From the NCBI GenBank assembly GCA_950097015.1, contig CATNEN010000030.1, positions 2,728,001-2,792,000 of the forward strand: DNA of 64,000 nt, written 5' to 3'. Source of the stretch: Macrostomum hystrix. Its lineage: Eukaryota; Animalia; Platyhelminthes. The notes beneath the pieces were generated by a model. The model ran no database searches and was not told the DNA's origin. It saw only the letters and a list, made by a program, of their open reading frames with translations. Made by a program: the position numbers and the translations under genes. Positions 48,751 through 61,375 of this stretch are shown piece after piece. The first letter of the stretch is position 1; each line of letters starts with the position of its first letter.

Positions 48751-49587
48751 TTGGCCATACAGCACGGCTCTCGGCTGCTGTTCGTCAACTTGAATCGGAA
48801 GCCGCCGGCTCCGGGCCTGGCGCCCCAGGTGTCCAGCAGCGGCGGCCGCACCAATTCCACTCCGTCGGCGGCAGCCGCGGCGGCTGCGTCCTCCGGCACC
48901 AACTCGGATCGGCGACAGAGACGCGGGCTCGGCGGCGGAGGCGGCCGATGTTACGAGGATCTGCCGATGCAGCCGACCGGGGCCTCGGCATCTGGCATCA
49001 CCTCGCCTGGCTACTCGCTGCAGGCGGGCAACTCCGCGCAGCACTACGCGCCCTCTTATCACGGCCGAGCAGCTGCTTCGGCAGCTTCACCGTCGGACCG
49101 GCGACGACAACCCGTCGTCAACGACGTCGCTGGGACGTCTAGATCGGGAATCGTCGGCGGCGGGGTCGGAGGCGCCGGCGGATTTCAAGAGTTTGACGAC
49201 GTGCTGGCTCAGTGCCTGCATAGACAGCAGAACAGGGCTCAGCAGCAGCAGCATCCCCAAATTCAGAATCAGCTGCTCTCATTCCCAAGCGGCGAGGATC
49301 TGATCTTTCCCGGCGGAATGCTTGACGCAGCCACTCGCCGCCGCATCAACATGCTGACCAAGGATGTGCAGGACATTGTGAAGGCGCTGCGCTACATTCA
49401 GAAACTGCACGAGAACCGCGAGAAGGTTAACAAAGTGGTGCAGGAGTGGCGATCAGTAGCCCTGGTCCTCGACCGGCTTTTCTTCCTAATCTACGTGCTG
49501 ACCATTATGCTGTCTATTATCTTCTTCTTCCCCAAGTCCGGCAACGAGGTCAGCCCCGGCGTCATCCCTGTCAATGGCACAGCCTGA
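48751..49587 (+). CDS. nAChR terminal exon (long low-complexity M3-M4 loop, MA helix, M4 EWRSVALVLDRLFFLIY)
   Basis: caccag|TTG; ORF 48751-49587; conserved EW..A.VLDRLF motif. Confidence 0.93.
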   Translation: MAIQHGSRLLFVNLNRKPPAPGLAPQVSSSGGRTNSTPSAAAAAAASSGTNSDRRQRRGLGGGGGRCYEDLPMQPTGASASGITSPGYSLQAGNSAQHYAPSYHGRAAASAASPSDRRRQPVVNDVAGTSRSGIVGGGVGGAGGFQEFDDVLAQCLHRQQNRAQQQQHPQIQNQLLSFPSGEDLIFPGGMLDAATRRRINMLTKDVQDIVKALRYIQKLHENREKVNKVVQEWRSVALVLDRLFFLIYVLTIMLSIIFFFPKSGNEVSPGVIPVNGTA

Positions 49588-50084
49588 GGCCCTCTGCTCA
49601 AACTGGCAATCTGTCACATTTCAAGGGCAAATATTAGATTCAGTTTTCTTACCAAGCCACAAGTTCATGGTTAATCTTGTTTATCGAATATTGCCACGCA
49701 CTTTTTGTCAGGATTTCTCTATCCCAATTTTCACGAGCCTAAAAGGACAATATACTAACGTGTTCTCATATTCATATCGTATCAAAAAGATCATTTTTTG
49801 TTTTTTCGTCCTTCAGGCAGTCCGCTTTGGTGTTGTGTATGTTTGTGTCTAATGTTAGTTTTTTTGCATCTAAATTCCCTTCCTGTTAATATCCACCATG
49901 TTTGATTTGTCTTGTGATAGTTACGACGTAATGCTCTGTTTTGACCTCTACAGTACGTGTCTTGTTGATTATCGAACTCAGAGATTGTGGCATGGTAGTG
50001 CTACTGTCACATGTGATGGATAGGAAATATATTGTAAAGGAACAGGCTGATTTGTTAGCCTGCGTATGAAATTGAAAGGCCTTG

Positions 50085-50878
50085 TCGTTATCTGATTGGC
50101 TGAGTGGAGAATGAAATTCAAAAGACTTTGCCGTTATCTGATTGGCTGGTTAGAGAATGAAATTAAAAGGCAGTGCCGCCGTCTGATTGGCTGGTTAGAG
50201 AATGAAATTCAAAAGGCTTTGCCCCTGTCTGATTGGCTGGTTAGAGAATGAAATTCAAAAGGCTTTGCCGTTGTCTGATTGGCTGGTTTGAGAATGAAAT
50301 TCAAAGGCAGTGCCGCCGTCTGATTGGCTGGTTTGAGAATGAAATTCAAAGGCAGTGCCGCTGTCTGATTGGCTGGTTAGAGAATGAAATTAAAAGGCAG
50401 TGCCGCCGTCTGATTGGCTGGTTAGAGAATGAAATTAAAAGGCAGTGCCGCTGTCTGATTGGCTGGTGAGAGAATGAAATTCAAAGGCAGTGCCGCTGTC
50501 TGATTGGCTGGCTAGAGAATGAAATCAAAAGGCTTTGCCGCCGTCTGATTGGCTGGTTAGAGAATGAAATTCAAAAGGCTTTGCCGCCGTCTGATTGGCT
50601 GGTTAGAGAATGAAATTAAAAGGCAGTGCCGCCGTCTGATTGGCTGGTTAGAGAATGAAATTCAAAAGGCTTTGCCGTCGTCTGATTGGCTGGTTAGAGA
50701 ATGAAATTCAAAGGCAGTGCCGCCGTCTGATTGGCTGGTTTGAGAATGAAATTCAAAGGCAGTGCCGCTGTCTGATTGGCTGGTTAGAGAATGAAATTAA
50801 AAGGCAGTGCCGCCGTCTGATTGGCTGGTTTGAGAATGAAATACAAAGGCAGTGCCGCTGTCTGATTGGCTGGTTTGG
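50085..50878. repeat. Minisatellite, 45-46-bp unit, about 17 copies
   Basis: CTGATTGGCTGGTTAGAGAATGAAATTCAAAGGCAGTGCCGCCGT. Confidence 0.93.
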
Positions 50879-52329
50879 GAACAACAATAAGAAAGGCATA
50901 AGCAAAAGTTATAACGCAATTCCCAACCACTAAAATTTTTGCAGTTATTGATAGAGTCCCTACGCCGACAAGAATCTCGAATTTTTATACCGGCGCGGCT
51001 TCATAAGTACCAAATGTAACTAAGCAATTTATATTTATTGTACTTACTTTACTGACATCACTCAGTAGCCAAATATGGCTCAAATTATATCTATAAAAAG
51101 GCAGATACTGAAGTCAACGTTTCAAAATTAATTTTTTTGTTGCTCTTATTTAAACTTCTTCTGTTTTCTGTGGGCATGACAGTAAATAGAGACAATAAAT
51201 ATAGAGAGGAAGAAGTCAAATATGATTGCCTGACCTGAGCTGGTGCCGCCAGTGGTGGAGAATGAAGGAGTATATGTAAAGGAGAGCTTAGCATGTGAGA
51301 GCCAATTGTTCACGGTCTACTCTATCCGGCCCATTTTTGAATAGCCTTGCCTCTGTGTGCAAAAAGGCTACGCAAGGGCCTGTTTATGATTTTTCTAGAC
51401 AGTTAAACAAGCTGAGCAGCTGGTAGGCTTGTCTAGTTTATATCCGGTCACTGGAAGATTGAAGGGGGACAATTGTTTGACGTCTGGACTGAAATCAACT
51501 AAAACTCAAAAAGCTCGATAGAAACTGAAATAATAATAATTACATTGGGCCAAATGTACAGTCCGCTGATTGAAGAGACCAATGCGCCTAAGAGACTAAG
51601 GAATTAGGAATCGAACTCCCGACCTTTGAACTCCAGACTCCCGATTAAAACATTCGACACTATTACTGTCGCCCTGATTGGCTCTCCCTCTAACCCTGCC
51701 GTCACTCTCTACCCCAGCGGCTTGGGCCCACCCCACCCCTGTGCTATCTATAAATAATTTCACGTCAAATAATGCCTTATAGTAGTAGTACGGAATGCAA
51801 ACGTAAATATTCTTTTCGAGTCTTTTCTCTAATGCGGTGAGCATGCATTTCAGCGAAAAAAAAAATATTATAAGAAGTCTTGAAGTCTTAAATGCAATGA
51901 GATATTGAAACCCGTAACAAAAATTCACCAAGAACATTATTCCCAAGCTCTGCCTCATTTTCAGTTCCTCGCTCTAAAAACAGCCATGCCATTCCCCAGG
52001 GTCATTTGAAGCAGAAAATTCCTCGCGGACCAACTGACTGATCCCTGCCGCCCTGGAATTCCCAGGCAGGCGCTGAGGCTTGCGTGTGAGTGGTCCGATA
52101 TTTTTCAATGCGATACCGGACGCATTGATGAATGAACGAATGCTGGACTGGCTGTTGTAGCTTAGCCTAGGTAATGCCGCTTGTTAACTATGCTCGTATG
52201 CAACTTTATGACCGCGCACTGGCTCATCTGGAGAACAAATGCTGTCTTGCATTTCTCTGCTCCTCTGCTAGATTTTAATACGAATTCTAAAGCAAATAAT
52301 TGACAAAGAGACAGAGAAGGTGAGAGGAT

Positions 52330-52860
52330 TAGATGTTCAGAAGGCGGGTAAGAGGAGCAGAAGGCTGGTGAGAGGGGCAGAAGGCTGGTGAGAGGGACAG
52401 AAGGCGGGTGAGAAGGCTTGAAGGCGGGTGAGAAGGGTTGAAGGCGGGTGAGAAAAAATATTTATTATTATAGAATCTAATATCTTAAAGGCATCTTAGA
52501 GGGGCAGAAGGCGAGTGAGAGGTGAAGAAGGCGGGTGAGAGGTGAAGAAGGCGGGTGAGAGGGACAGAAGGCGGGTGAGAGGTGAAGAAGGCGGGTGAGA
52601 GGTGAAGAAGGCGGGTGAGAGGAGCAGAAGGCGAGTGAGAGGGGCAGAAGGCGGGTGAGAGGTGAAGATGGCGGGTGAGAGGAGCAGAAGGCGAGTGAGA
52701 GGGACAGAAGGCGGGTGAGAGGGACAGATGGCGGGTGAGAGGTGAAGAAGGCGGGTGAGAGGTGAAGAAGGCGGGTGAGAGGAGCAGAAGGCGAGTGAGA
52801 GGGGCAGAAGGCGGGTGAGAGCCGAAGAAGGCGGATGAGAGGGGAAGAATGCTGGTGAGA
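52330..52860. repeat. Minisatellite, 20-bp purine-rich unit, split by a short AT-rich insert (about 52455-52497)
   Basis: AGAAGGCGGGTGAGAGGGGC variants. Confidence 0.9.
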
Positions 52861-53433
52861 TGAGCCATTCCCCGAGATGAGATTCCCATTCCATTCCATT
52901 CCATGAGAAGGCGGGTCAGAACTTCAGTATCGGGCGCTGGACCGGATAAGATAACTCATAGCCTTCCTCTGTGCCAGAAGGGTTGCAACTACTCAGTCCA
53001 TTATCAGAGAGGCTTGTGACCAAAATGTTCATGACTGGCATAATAATTTTCCAAGAGTGGAAGCCCCGTTCTCGCTTTCGTCCTCTCGGATTTGCAGGTC
53101 GACCGAGTGTAATAAACAGTGTGGCAAGTGACTGCGGGCTTGGAACCCTAATTCGATTACAGCCTTCCGGACTCCTCACCCGACTCACCCCCTCCTCCTA
53201 CTCCGCATCCTGGAAATGGCCCGGAAACAATAATTTCACGCCCGGGAAAATTCTGTCAGCCAGCCAAACCTACTAGAATTGCCACACTGAACAGGGAGAA
53301 TATTTGACTGACTTTCAAAATTAATAGCAAGCAATAATACGAGCATAGTCGCCTACTCTTACTGAAAGTAGGGTGAACTGCGCCTATTTCTTTCCTAATT
53401 TAGTTTCTGTCAATCTCTATCTTTCTAGTAGTA

Positions 53434-53667
53434 GAGGTTGTAGCCTAGTGGTTAGGGCGTCGGACTCACGACTTGAAGGTCGGGGGTTCGATTCCCGACC
53501 CACTGAAACAATTTGTGTCCTTTAGCAAGACACTTAACTCTGCATTGCTTCAGTTCACCCAGCTGTTAAATGGGTACCAGCATTAGCTGGGATAATTGAA
53601 GGTGGGTGTGGCGTCCCCCCAGTCCATGGACTGAACAGCTGTACGCAGTCTTCAGATGCGCCGCGCA
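53434..53667 (+). mobile_element. CORE-type SINE, best-preserved copy
   Basis: A box TAGCCTAGTGG and B box GGTTCGATTCC, then GTGTCCTTTAGCAAGACACTTAACTCTGCATTGCTTCAGTTCACCCAGCTGTTAAATGGG. This aligns without gaps (about 70% by eye) to the MIR CORE as recalled. Confidence 0.85.
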
Positions 53668-54381
53668 ATAGCTGCGGCTGTGCTGTCGGCTGCACATCTG
53701 GCCCGATTGGGGCAGGTGTAATCAATTATTATTATCTTTCTAGCATGGCCGAACAGCTTAATCGACTCAAGTAATTTCAGTTTCTGGATTCCGCACACTA
53801 GGCCAGGCATTGATCTCTCGCATTATCCCGCAGCGCATTGCGCACTGCCAGCCGATGTGGCGGAGGGGTTAGTTGTGTGGAAGTAGAATGTGGGTTTGGC
53901 TGCTGAGTCAAAGGCGACTGCGCACAGAGCCTCTAGGGACAGCAGCAGCAGCAGCAGCAGGAGCAGCAGGAAGAAGCAGTGGAGAAGGGACAGCTGGCTG
54001 AAATATTTATGTGGGGTTAGCGGAGCAGCTGTGCCGCGCGTTTCCGATGGCCCGGGGCCAGATGAGCACAGGAACTCTTAGCGCATTGCTGGCAGCTAGC
54101 CCCAGCCTGGCTTAATGTCTGCCCTTGGCATTAGCGAGTACAAATTTGTTTATTATTCTGGCAGCATAATGTCTTACGCATCCCAAGTGCACAATAGTAA
54201 CTCGTAGTTGCTTCATAATGTCAATGATCCCTTTGTGAATTGCTGCAGACCACAACATCTATATATCCTTGGCCGGTGTGTTTGCAGGCTATTAGCCAAC
54301 TCCAACATGACAGGACAGTCGGGCTACGCTCTGATTTCCTTGAGAAACTGAGACTGAGATGCGGCTGTCCGCTGCTCTATT

Positions 54382-54700
54382 GGCCCTACAATATCTGTAT
54401 ATCAGCCAGATGAGGCATTGGGGATATTCTAAGGGTGGCCCTACAATATCTGTATATCAGCCAGATGAGGCATTGGGGATCATCTAAGGGTGGCCCTACA
54501 ATATCTGTATATCAGACAGATGAGGCATTGGGATATTCTAAGGGTGGCCCTACAATATCTGTATATCAGACAGATGAGGCATTGGGATATTCTAAGGGTG
54601 GCCCTACAATATCTGTATATCAGCCAGATGAGGCATTGGGGATCATCTAAGGGTGGCCCTACAATATCTGTATATCAGCCAGATGAGGCATTGGGGATCT
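54382..54700. repeat. Minisatellite, about 55-bp unit, about 6 copies
   Basis: GGCCCTACAATATCTGTATATCAGCCAGATGAGGCATTGGGGATATTCTAAGGGT. Confidence 0.93.
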
Positions 54701-55854
54701 TCTGGGGGCGGGGCCAGTCTCTTTGGGAATTTAAAACTGCGGCTCAGCTGGGCATGGGGATCAGTTAAGTTAGTCGGGGAGGGAAGACACTAAGAGATGA
54801 ATTGAGCCAAGAGGTCTGAGCAGAAAGTGAGCATGGGAGAGGCTAGATTAAGAAAGCGGGCCAGAAGTCTTGCACACCGTCTCTCTTCTCTCTTCTCTCG
54901 TGCGTCTACTCTCCCTAGGGACAGCCTGGGAGGCCCCAGCAGTGCCGGGCTGAGAGAGTTTGAGCAGTTGAGATTCTCGAGAGCCAACTCGGTGAAGCAG
55001 GCGGAGGCGGTGGTTGAGTCACCCGCCCAGCCTGAAACAGAACTGGGCGGGTTCGGAGGGCCTACTCATTAGCCCCCGTGTCTCGAATGGGAATTAGATT
55101 GTCCAATCCAATTATGGCTGCTTCTAGAAGAGCGGCCAGGAGCTCGACGTGGAAGCTCGGCGAAGGTCGGGGGCAATTACGCATCCGCATACCGCTCGCC
55201 GCTCGCTTTTATTTCATTCTGCTTGTGTTTTTTCTTGCTAAATTAAAAGAAAGGAGGTTAAAAATAGTCATAGAGACGGAAGGAATTAGCGCAATAAAAT
55301 TTCTGCTCCTTTCTCTTATCTGTCTGCGGTCAAAGACACGTCCCGTGTCAGCTTTTCTAACACCGGAGAGTTTAGCTTGAGCAGTGGACAGTATCAGGCC
55401 ACTCTCTTGTACCGCGGCGACAGCCCAGTAGATCCAAATTAGGACACGGATAGAGGAGGAATGCTAGACAGGGGGGAAACGGATTATCCCGCAGGGCGCC
55501 GAGCGCACGACTATCTCTCTAGCGTGTTAATTATTAATGAGGCCCCATCAGTGGGCTGAGTGAGCACTGCTCATACTACTCCTACTCTTTCTCACTGTCA
55601 CTCTCTCCTTAACTATGAAAGACGTGCAAGAACTCTGTCTTAAAAAGGGCTGGTCAGCTAGCTGATTATAAAAAAAAACACAAATCCATCGGTTCAACAG
55701 ACTATGATAGCCAGCTGGTATCGGTCTTTCCTACTTATTTGTTTATTTACTTATAAAATATTCACCCAGCCTGAAACTGCACAAACGGCTAATTTACCGT
55801 CTTCTTTTACAGCTTTCTTCTGTTAGGATCTTCTTCTCACCAGGTTAATCATTC

Positions 55855-55940
55855 CCCCAGATCTTCTTCTCCCTCAGATCTTCTTCTCCCCCAGATCTTC
55901 TTCTCCCCCAGATCTTCTTCTCCCCCCAGATCTTCTTCCT
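55855..55940. repeat. Short minisatellite, 17-19-bp unit
   Basis: CAGATCTTCTTCTCCCC. Confidence 0.8.
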
Positions 55941-58012
55941 CTCTCGTTCTCGTTCTCTTTCCTCTCACTAGTCTTCTGCAATCCTTAGGTATTCTTTGAC
56001 GCCTTTGTATTTATTTTCTTTACTTTTCAGTTCCTCAATATTTATCAATGAGCGATTCTCCAGTTCCCTGTTCACGTCTTTTTCCCTTTCTGCCCTCTCT
56101 CTGATCCCTGATCCCCTTTGCCCCCCAAAGCCTGTTTCAATCTGTCTCCCTATTCTCGCCTGTCAGCTGAATGGCGGCATCGGCCGGCGCATTGCGTACT
56201 CCGTCAGTGCTGCACCTGGATTCCCTCAGTCCACACAATCCCCATCCTCATTCAATGCGGCCCAGTCGCCATTCTTTTTCTGCCCAGGTAGGGGCCAGGG
56301 GATGGAATTGGGCATTATTTTAACTTCCTCTCTCGGACTAGAAAAAATTCTCAGGGAAGCCGCAGCTGCCAGCTGAGGCATTCTGGGTGAGCACTCCGGG
56401 GGTCGGGGAGGCAGAGAAAAACAGGAAATTCTGTCGGGCTAAAATCCCCCACGAAAACCGTCAGCCAGCCCCGTCTTCGGCTTCCCGTTGGAAATTTTTT
56501 TGTCGGCTAAAAAAGAGAAAGAGAGAGTGAGAGGGGGTAAGGGAGATTTGGAAGCGGGGCAGCGGAGTAAAGGATGCGTCTCCGGCCCTGAGCACTCACA
56601 GAGCTCCACCGGCTGACAAGAAGCAATTTTCCACTTGCACTTCTCAGCCGCCTCCTCTCCCCCGTTTCGAGCCGCTTGTGCGGCAGTCTATCGGTCCTTC
56701 GCCAGCCCCTCAATCAAGCGTGTTTCCACGCCACGAATGAGAATCAATGCCGCCCAGACCATCACCCCCCAATTACACAGCCGTGACAGCGGCCCCAATA
56801 TCTCACTGTGTTAAGTCCTGGCGCATCGATTCTAAAGATGAAGCGACAAAGCGAGCGAGCGTAGCTGAATTGATATACGCTTAATAATATATACTAATGT
56901 GCATCGACAGGAAGCTAAGCTCCTGATAGCCTGCTAACTACGTGCGTTCTTATTTTTATATTTGCCTTGAGGGAGAGAGTAATTGCGACCTAATAGATTT
57001 TTGTTTAAAGCCTCAGTTAAAGACCAAAAAGAGCGAAAATAGGATACAATGGCCCTCAGCAGCAGGTCGGCACCAATTTGCGAGTCCTCTAATTAACAAA
57101 TTGCTATCCCCTATCCCGTCTCTCTCCCCTTATGGGATTAATCAACTCGCAACACGGGTTTGAGGGAGTGGAGGTCGGTAGAAAAATCGAAAGTGAGCTC
57201 ACGGAGTGCCGTATCAGAGTGTAAGTAATGCATTTTGCGCCGCCCTGCTTTGAGCTGAAGCCCTTCGACAGAGTGAAATACAGACAGGCCGTGAGATAGG
57301 GAAGGGAAAGGGATAAGGGGAGTCTTTGCCCATCCCCTCTTTTCGCCTCATTTATGCCCCGATCCTTTTCTGTTCGTCAAAAAAACTTCACATCTTGCCC
57401 CGAGGTGAAGTCGGATTACTCCGTCGCGGCTTGCCGGCCTGGGTCTCGCTCAGTCCTGGTCGCTATGGGGCGGTGGCGAGCTAAAGGGAGCGGGAAGGAG
57501 AGAAGGAATACGCAGGCTTCGAGGAAGGAAAGCGGTCGGGTCCGCACTGCCTCCAACCTCATTCATCTCCTGCCAGAGAGTGAGAGATGGCGTAGCAGGG
57601 GAGGTCGGCATGCACGGCACATGAGTACAGGCATTGAGACTGTCTTCCCTCAGATTTCTTTCCCATATCCTTACTCTGATCTCGAGGCCTGTCTGTCGCA
57701 GCCTCAGCCAATGCTCCATCTAGTGCAGCGCCTCTTACCCAGCCCTGTCCGCTCACCAACTCTCTGCCCTAGTGGCCTCCATAAACGCGGAGGAGGTATG
57801 GCGTCTCCGGGCCTTCCCGCACTCCATCGTTGTTCCCGCGGGCCGGCCAGCCTCTCTGCTCACCGCTCTCTTCTGCCTGTTCCTCCACTCCGCTCTGTGC
57901 AGCCCTTAACAGTACCGATTCAGTCAGTTTCAACAGCCAGGTTCGTCTGCTAGCCAGCAGTTTCAGTCCATTGTCAGAGGCTCAGGCGCCGCTGCGCAAC
58001 ACTCTGAAAGCT

Positions 58013-58126
58013 ATGGGTAACTCCATCGGGCCTAGGAAGAAGCTGCCGAAGGAGGACATGCAGTTCCTCATGTCCAATACCAACTTCACCAAGAAGCAGA
58101 TCAAGCAGTGGTACCGCGGATTCATT
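58013..58126 (+). CDS. ncs-2: Neuronal calcium sensor (NCS-2/neurocalcin-like), exon 1 (MGNSIG...[10 protein letters not shown])
   Basis: Met-Gly start (possible myristoylation) and donor ATT|gtgagt. Join 58013-58126,60996-61268,61947-62135 = 191 aa, closely resembling C. elegans NCS-2 as recalled ([36 protein letters not shown]). Confidence 0.88.
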
Positions 58127-58204
58127 GTGAGTCGATCGGCTTTGTTGGAGTCTAGTGTGATTGGCACATTAGTGTGTACATTTGCAACTTAATTAGCTCT
58201 TGTC

Positions 58205-58840
58205 TGGTAGATGGGCCCTGCTGCCAGGTAGATGAGCACTGCTGCCAGGTAGATGAGCACTGCTGTCAGGTAGATGAGTACTGCTGCCAGGTAGATGAGT
58301 ACTGCTGTCAGGTAGATGAGCACTGCTGCCAGGTAGATGAGTACTGCTGCCAGGTAGATGAGCACTGCTGCCAGGTAGATGAGCACTGCTGCCAGGTAGA
58401 TGAGCACTGCTGTCAGGTAGATGAGCACTGCTGCCAGGTAGATGAGCACTGCTGTCAGGTAGATGAGTACTGCTGCCAGGTAGATGAGCACTGCTGCCAG
58501 GTAGATGAGTACTGCTGCCAGGTAGATGAGCACTGCTGCCAGGCAGATGAGCACTGCTGCCAGGTAGATGAGTACTGCTGCTAGCTAGATGAGCACTGCT
58601 GCCAGGTAGATGAGTACTGCTGCCAGGTAGATGAGCACTGCTGTCAGGTAGATGAGCACTGCTGCCAGGTAGATGAGTACTGCTGCTAGCTAGATGAGCA
58701 CTGCTGCCAGGTAGATGAGCACTGCTGCCAGGCAGATGAGCACTGTTGCCAGGTAGATGAGCACTGCTGCCAGGTAGGTGAGCACTGCTGTCAGGCAGAT
58801 GAGCACTGCTGCCAGGTAGATGAGCACTGCTGCCAGGTAT
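58205..58840. repeat. Minisatellite, 21-bp unit, about 30 copies (5' end of NCS intron 1)
   Basis: CCAGGTAGATGAGCACTGCTG. Confidence 0.95.
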
Positions 58841-58899
58841 ATGTGCATTGCTTTTAGTACCTAGAAGGCAGGCCTCACCTCAATGCCACACGGACTCAA

Positions 58900-59338
58900 T
58901 CTCAAAGACAGGCAGACCCCACCTCAAAGACAGGCAGACCCCACCTCAAAGACAGGCAGACCCACCTAAAAGACACGCAGACCCAATCTCAAAGACAGGC
59001 AGACCCACCTAAAAGACACGCAGACCCAATCTGAAAGACAGGCAGACCCCACCTCAAAGACAGGCAGACCCAATCTCAAAGACAGGCAGACCCCACCTCA
59101 AAGATAGGCAGACCCAATCTCAAAGACAGGCAGACCCCACCTCAAAGACAGGCAGACCCCACCTCAAAGACAGGCAGACCCCACCTAAAAGACACGCAGA
59201 CCCAATCTCAAAGACACGCAGACCCAATCTCAAAGACAGGCAGACCCCACCTCAAAGACAGGCAGACCCCACCTCAAAGACAGGCAGACCCAATCTCAAA
59301 GACAGGCAGACCCAATCTCAAAGACAGGCAGACCCAAT
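58900..59338. repeat. Minisatellite, about 22-bp unit, about 20 copies
   Basis: CTCAAAGACAGGCAGACCCCAC. Confidence 0.93.
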
Positions 59339-59952
59339 ATACAGGACCGGGTATACACAGTAAACATACCAGAGGCCTGGTTAGCTTCTGTCGCCGTACC
59401 TCTTTAATCTTCGCCTTTAATCTCTCTCTTTCTCTTTTATTCGCTAGAAAATTTGCTGTGATTTCACTCACTTCAAGGCTGGTTGGCTCGCGTGCCGCAT
59501 TAATTAAGAGGAGGCCTCGGCCCGAGAAGGGACCAAACCAAGTCACTGCGCTGTGCTGAGAGCTAGCTATACTTAAGGCGAACACTCTCAGATTCACGCA
59601 AGCGAGAGACACGAATAGCGAGAGCTGGGCAGGCAGAGTGTGTAAGGTTAGTGGCGCTCAATTTTTGTGGCACGAAGCTCTGCGCTCCGAAGTGATTGAC
59701 ACAATGAGGAGAGAAGAGCAGGAAGAAATGAAGGGTGCTTCAAGCCTTTTTTTGTATTTTGACAAGGCCAATGAAGACTGAATGTATGATACTTTTACTA
59801 GCGCCGAATCGGTTGGCTGATTGCACTTTTAAAATGAATAAAACTTGCAAAAATACGAGCTAGCCTCTGCCTCTAACACTTGGACGAATAATTGCCATTT
59901 GTAAGAGAAAATGCTGTAAATATTTTTAGGTCTTTCGATACACCAGTTTCTA

Positions 59953-60940
59953 GTTGACCCATTCATCTACATGGTTGACCCAATCATCTACCTGGTTGAC
60001 CCATTCATCTACCTGGTTGACCCATTCATCTACCTGGTTGACCCATTCATCTACCTGGTTGACCCATTCGTCTCAGTGCCACACGGTGTCCAGTCCTGGT
60101 TGACCCGTTCATCTACCTAATTGACCCATTCATCTACATGGTTGACCCATTCATCTACATGGTTGACCCAATCATCTACATGGTTGACCCAATCATCTAC
60201 CTGGTTGACCCATTCATCTACATGGTTGACCCAATCATCTACCTGGTTGACCCATTCATCTACCTGGTTGACCCATTCATCTACCTGGTTGACCCATTCA
60301 TCTACCTGGTTGACCCATTCATCTACCTGGTTGACCCATTCATCTACCTGGTTGACCCATTCATCTACCTGGTTGACCCATTCATCTACCTGGTTAACCC
60401 GTTCATCTACCTGGCTAACCCATTCATCTGTCGACCATTTATCCACCTGGTTGACCCATTCATCTACCTGGTTGACCCATTCATCTACCTGGTTGACCCA
60501 TTCATCTACCTGGTTGACCCATTCATCTAACTGGCTAACCCATTCATCTGTCGACCATTTATCCACCTGGTTGACCCATTCATCTACCTGGTTGACCCAT
60601 TCATCTACCTGGTTGACCCATTCATCTACCTGGTTGACCCATTCATCTACCTGGTTGACCCATTCATCTACCTGGTTAACCCGTTCATCTACCTGGTTAA
60701 CCCGTTCATCCACCTGGTTGACCCATTCATCTATCTGGTTGACCACATTCATCCACCTGGTTGACCCATTCATCTATCTGGTTGACCACATTCATCCACC
60801 TGGTTGACCCATTCATCCACCTGGTTGACCCATTCATCTACCTGGTTGACCCATTCATCTACCTGGTTGACCCATTCATCTACCTGGTTGACCCATTTAT
60901 CTACCTGGTTGACCCATTCATCTACCTGGTTGACCCAATC
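59953..60940. repeat. Minisatellite, 21-bp unit, about 45 copies (3' end of NCS intron 1)
   Basis: TCATCTACCTGGTTGACCCAT. Confidence 0.95.
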
Positions 60941-60995
60941 GTACACAACGCCCCATGGCTAATCCCATTTCTTCGACTCTTTTGTCGACCTGCAG

Positions 60996-61268
60996 CGCGA
61001 CTGCCCATCCGGGCAGCTGAGCAAGAAGAAGTTCATCGAGGTGTACTCAGGCTTCTTTCCGGACGGCAACGCCGAGGAGTTCTGCACCCACGTATTCCGC
61101 ACCTTTGACAAGGACAACTCGGGCAAGATCGACTTCAAAGAGTTCCTGCTGGCCATCAACATCACTTCTGGTGGCAAACCGCAAGAGAAGCTGGAGTGGG
61201 CCTTCCAGATGTATGACATTGATGGTAACGGCAGCATCGAGCGCTCGGAGATGGTCGAGATTATCAAG
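60996..61268 (+). CDS. ncs-2: Neuronal calcium sensor, exon 2 (EF1 CPSG, EF2 [14 protein letters not shown]3 [12 protein letters not shown])
   Basis: ctgcag|CGC...AAG|gtgggt; 91 codons. Confidence 0.93.
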
Positions 61269-61321
61269 GTGGGTATTTGTAATTTTTTTTTTTTTGACCC
61301 CCATGGGCTCAAAGACAAACC

Positions 61322-61375
61322 GCCAAGCCTTCTCTCCGCAGCTGCAAGCCCAAACAAATGTGGCCTCGCCGCGGA
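61322..61375 (-). mobile_element. SINE family 1 fragment
   Basis: CAAGCCTTCTCTCCGCAGCTGC...AAATGTGGCCTCGCCGCGGA matches 38838-38890. Confidence 0.65.

Noticed and set aside
51052-51066. CTGACATCACTCAGT repeated downstream of both neuronal genes (also 63762-63776)
   Set aside because: About one 15-mer match is expected by chance in roughly 40 kb of unique sequence, and the flanks are unrelated.
53100-53210. GGTTCCAAGCCCG and GGAGGAGG on the minus strand as a twister ribozyme
   Set aside because: The motifs are in the wrong order for the twister fold.
53434-53505. tRNA gene
   Set aside because: It has A and B boxes but a poor acceptor and anticodon stem, and it continues into a body shared with other dispersed copies, so it is a SINE head.
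57354-57953. 199-aa ORF upstream of the NCS gene
   Set aside because: It has no recognisable motif, lies in a GC-rich 5' UTR/promoter region, and is in a different frame from NCS.
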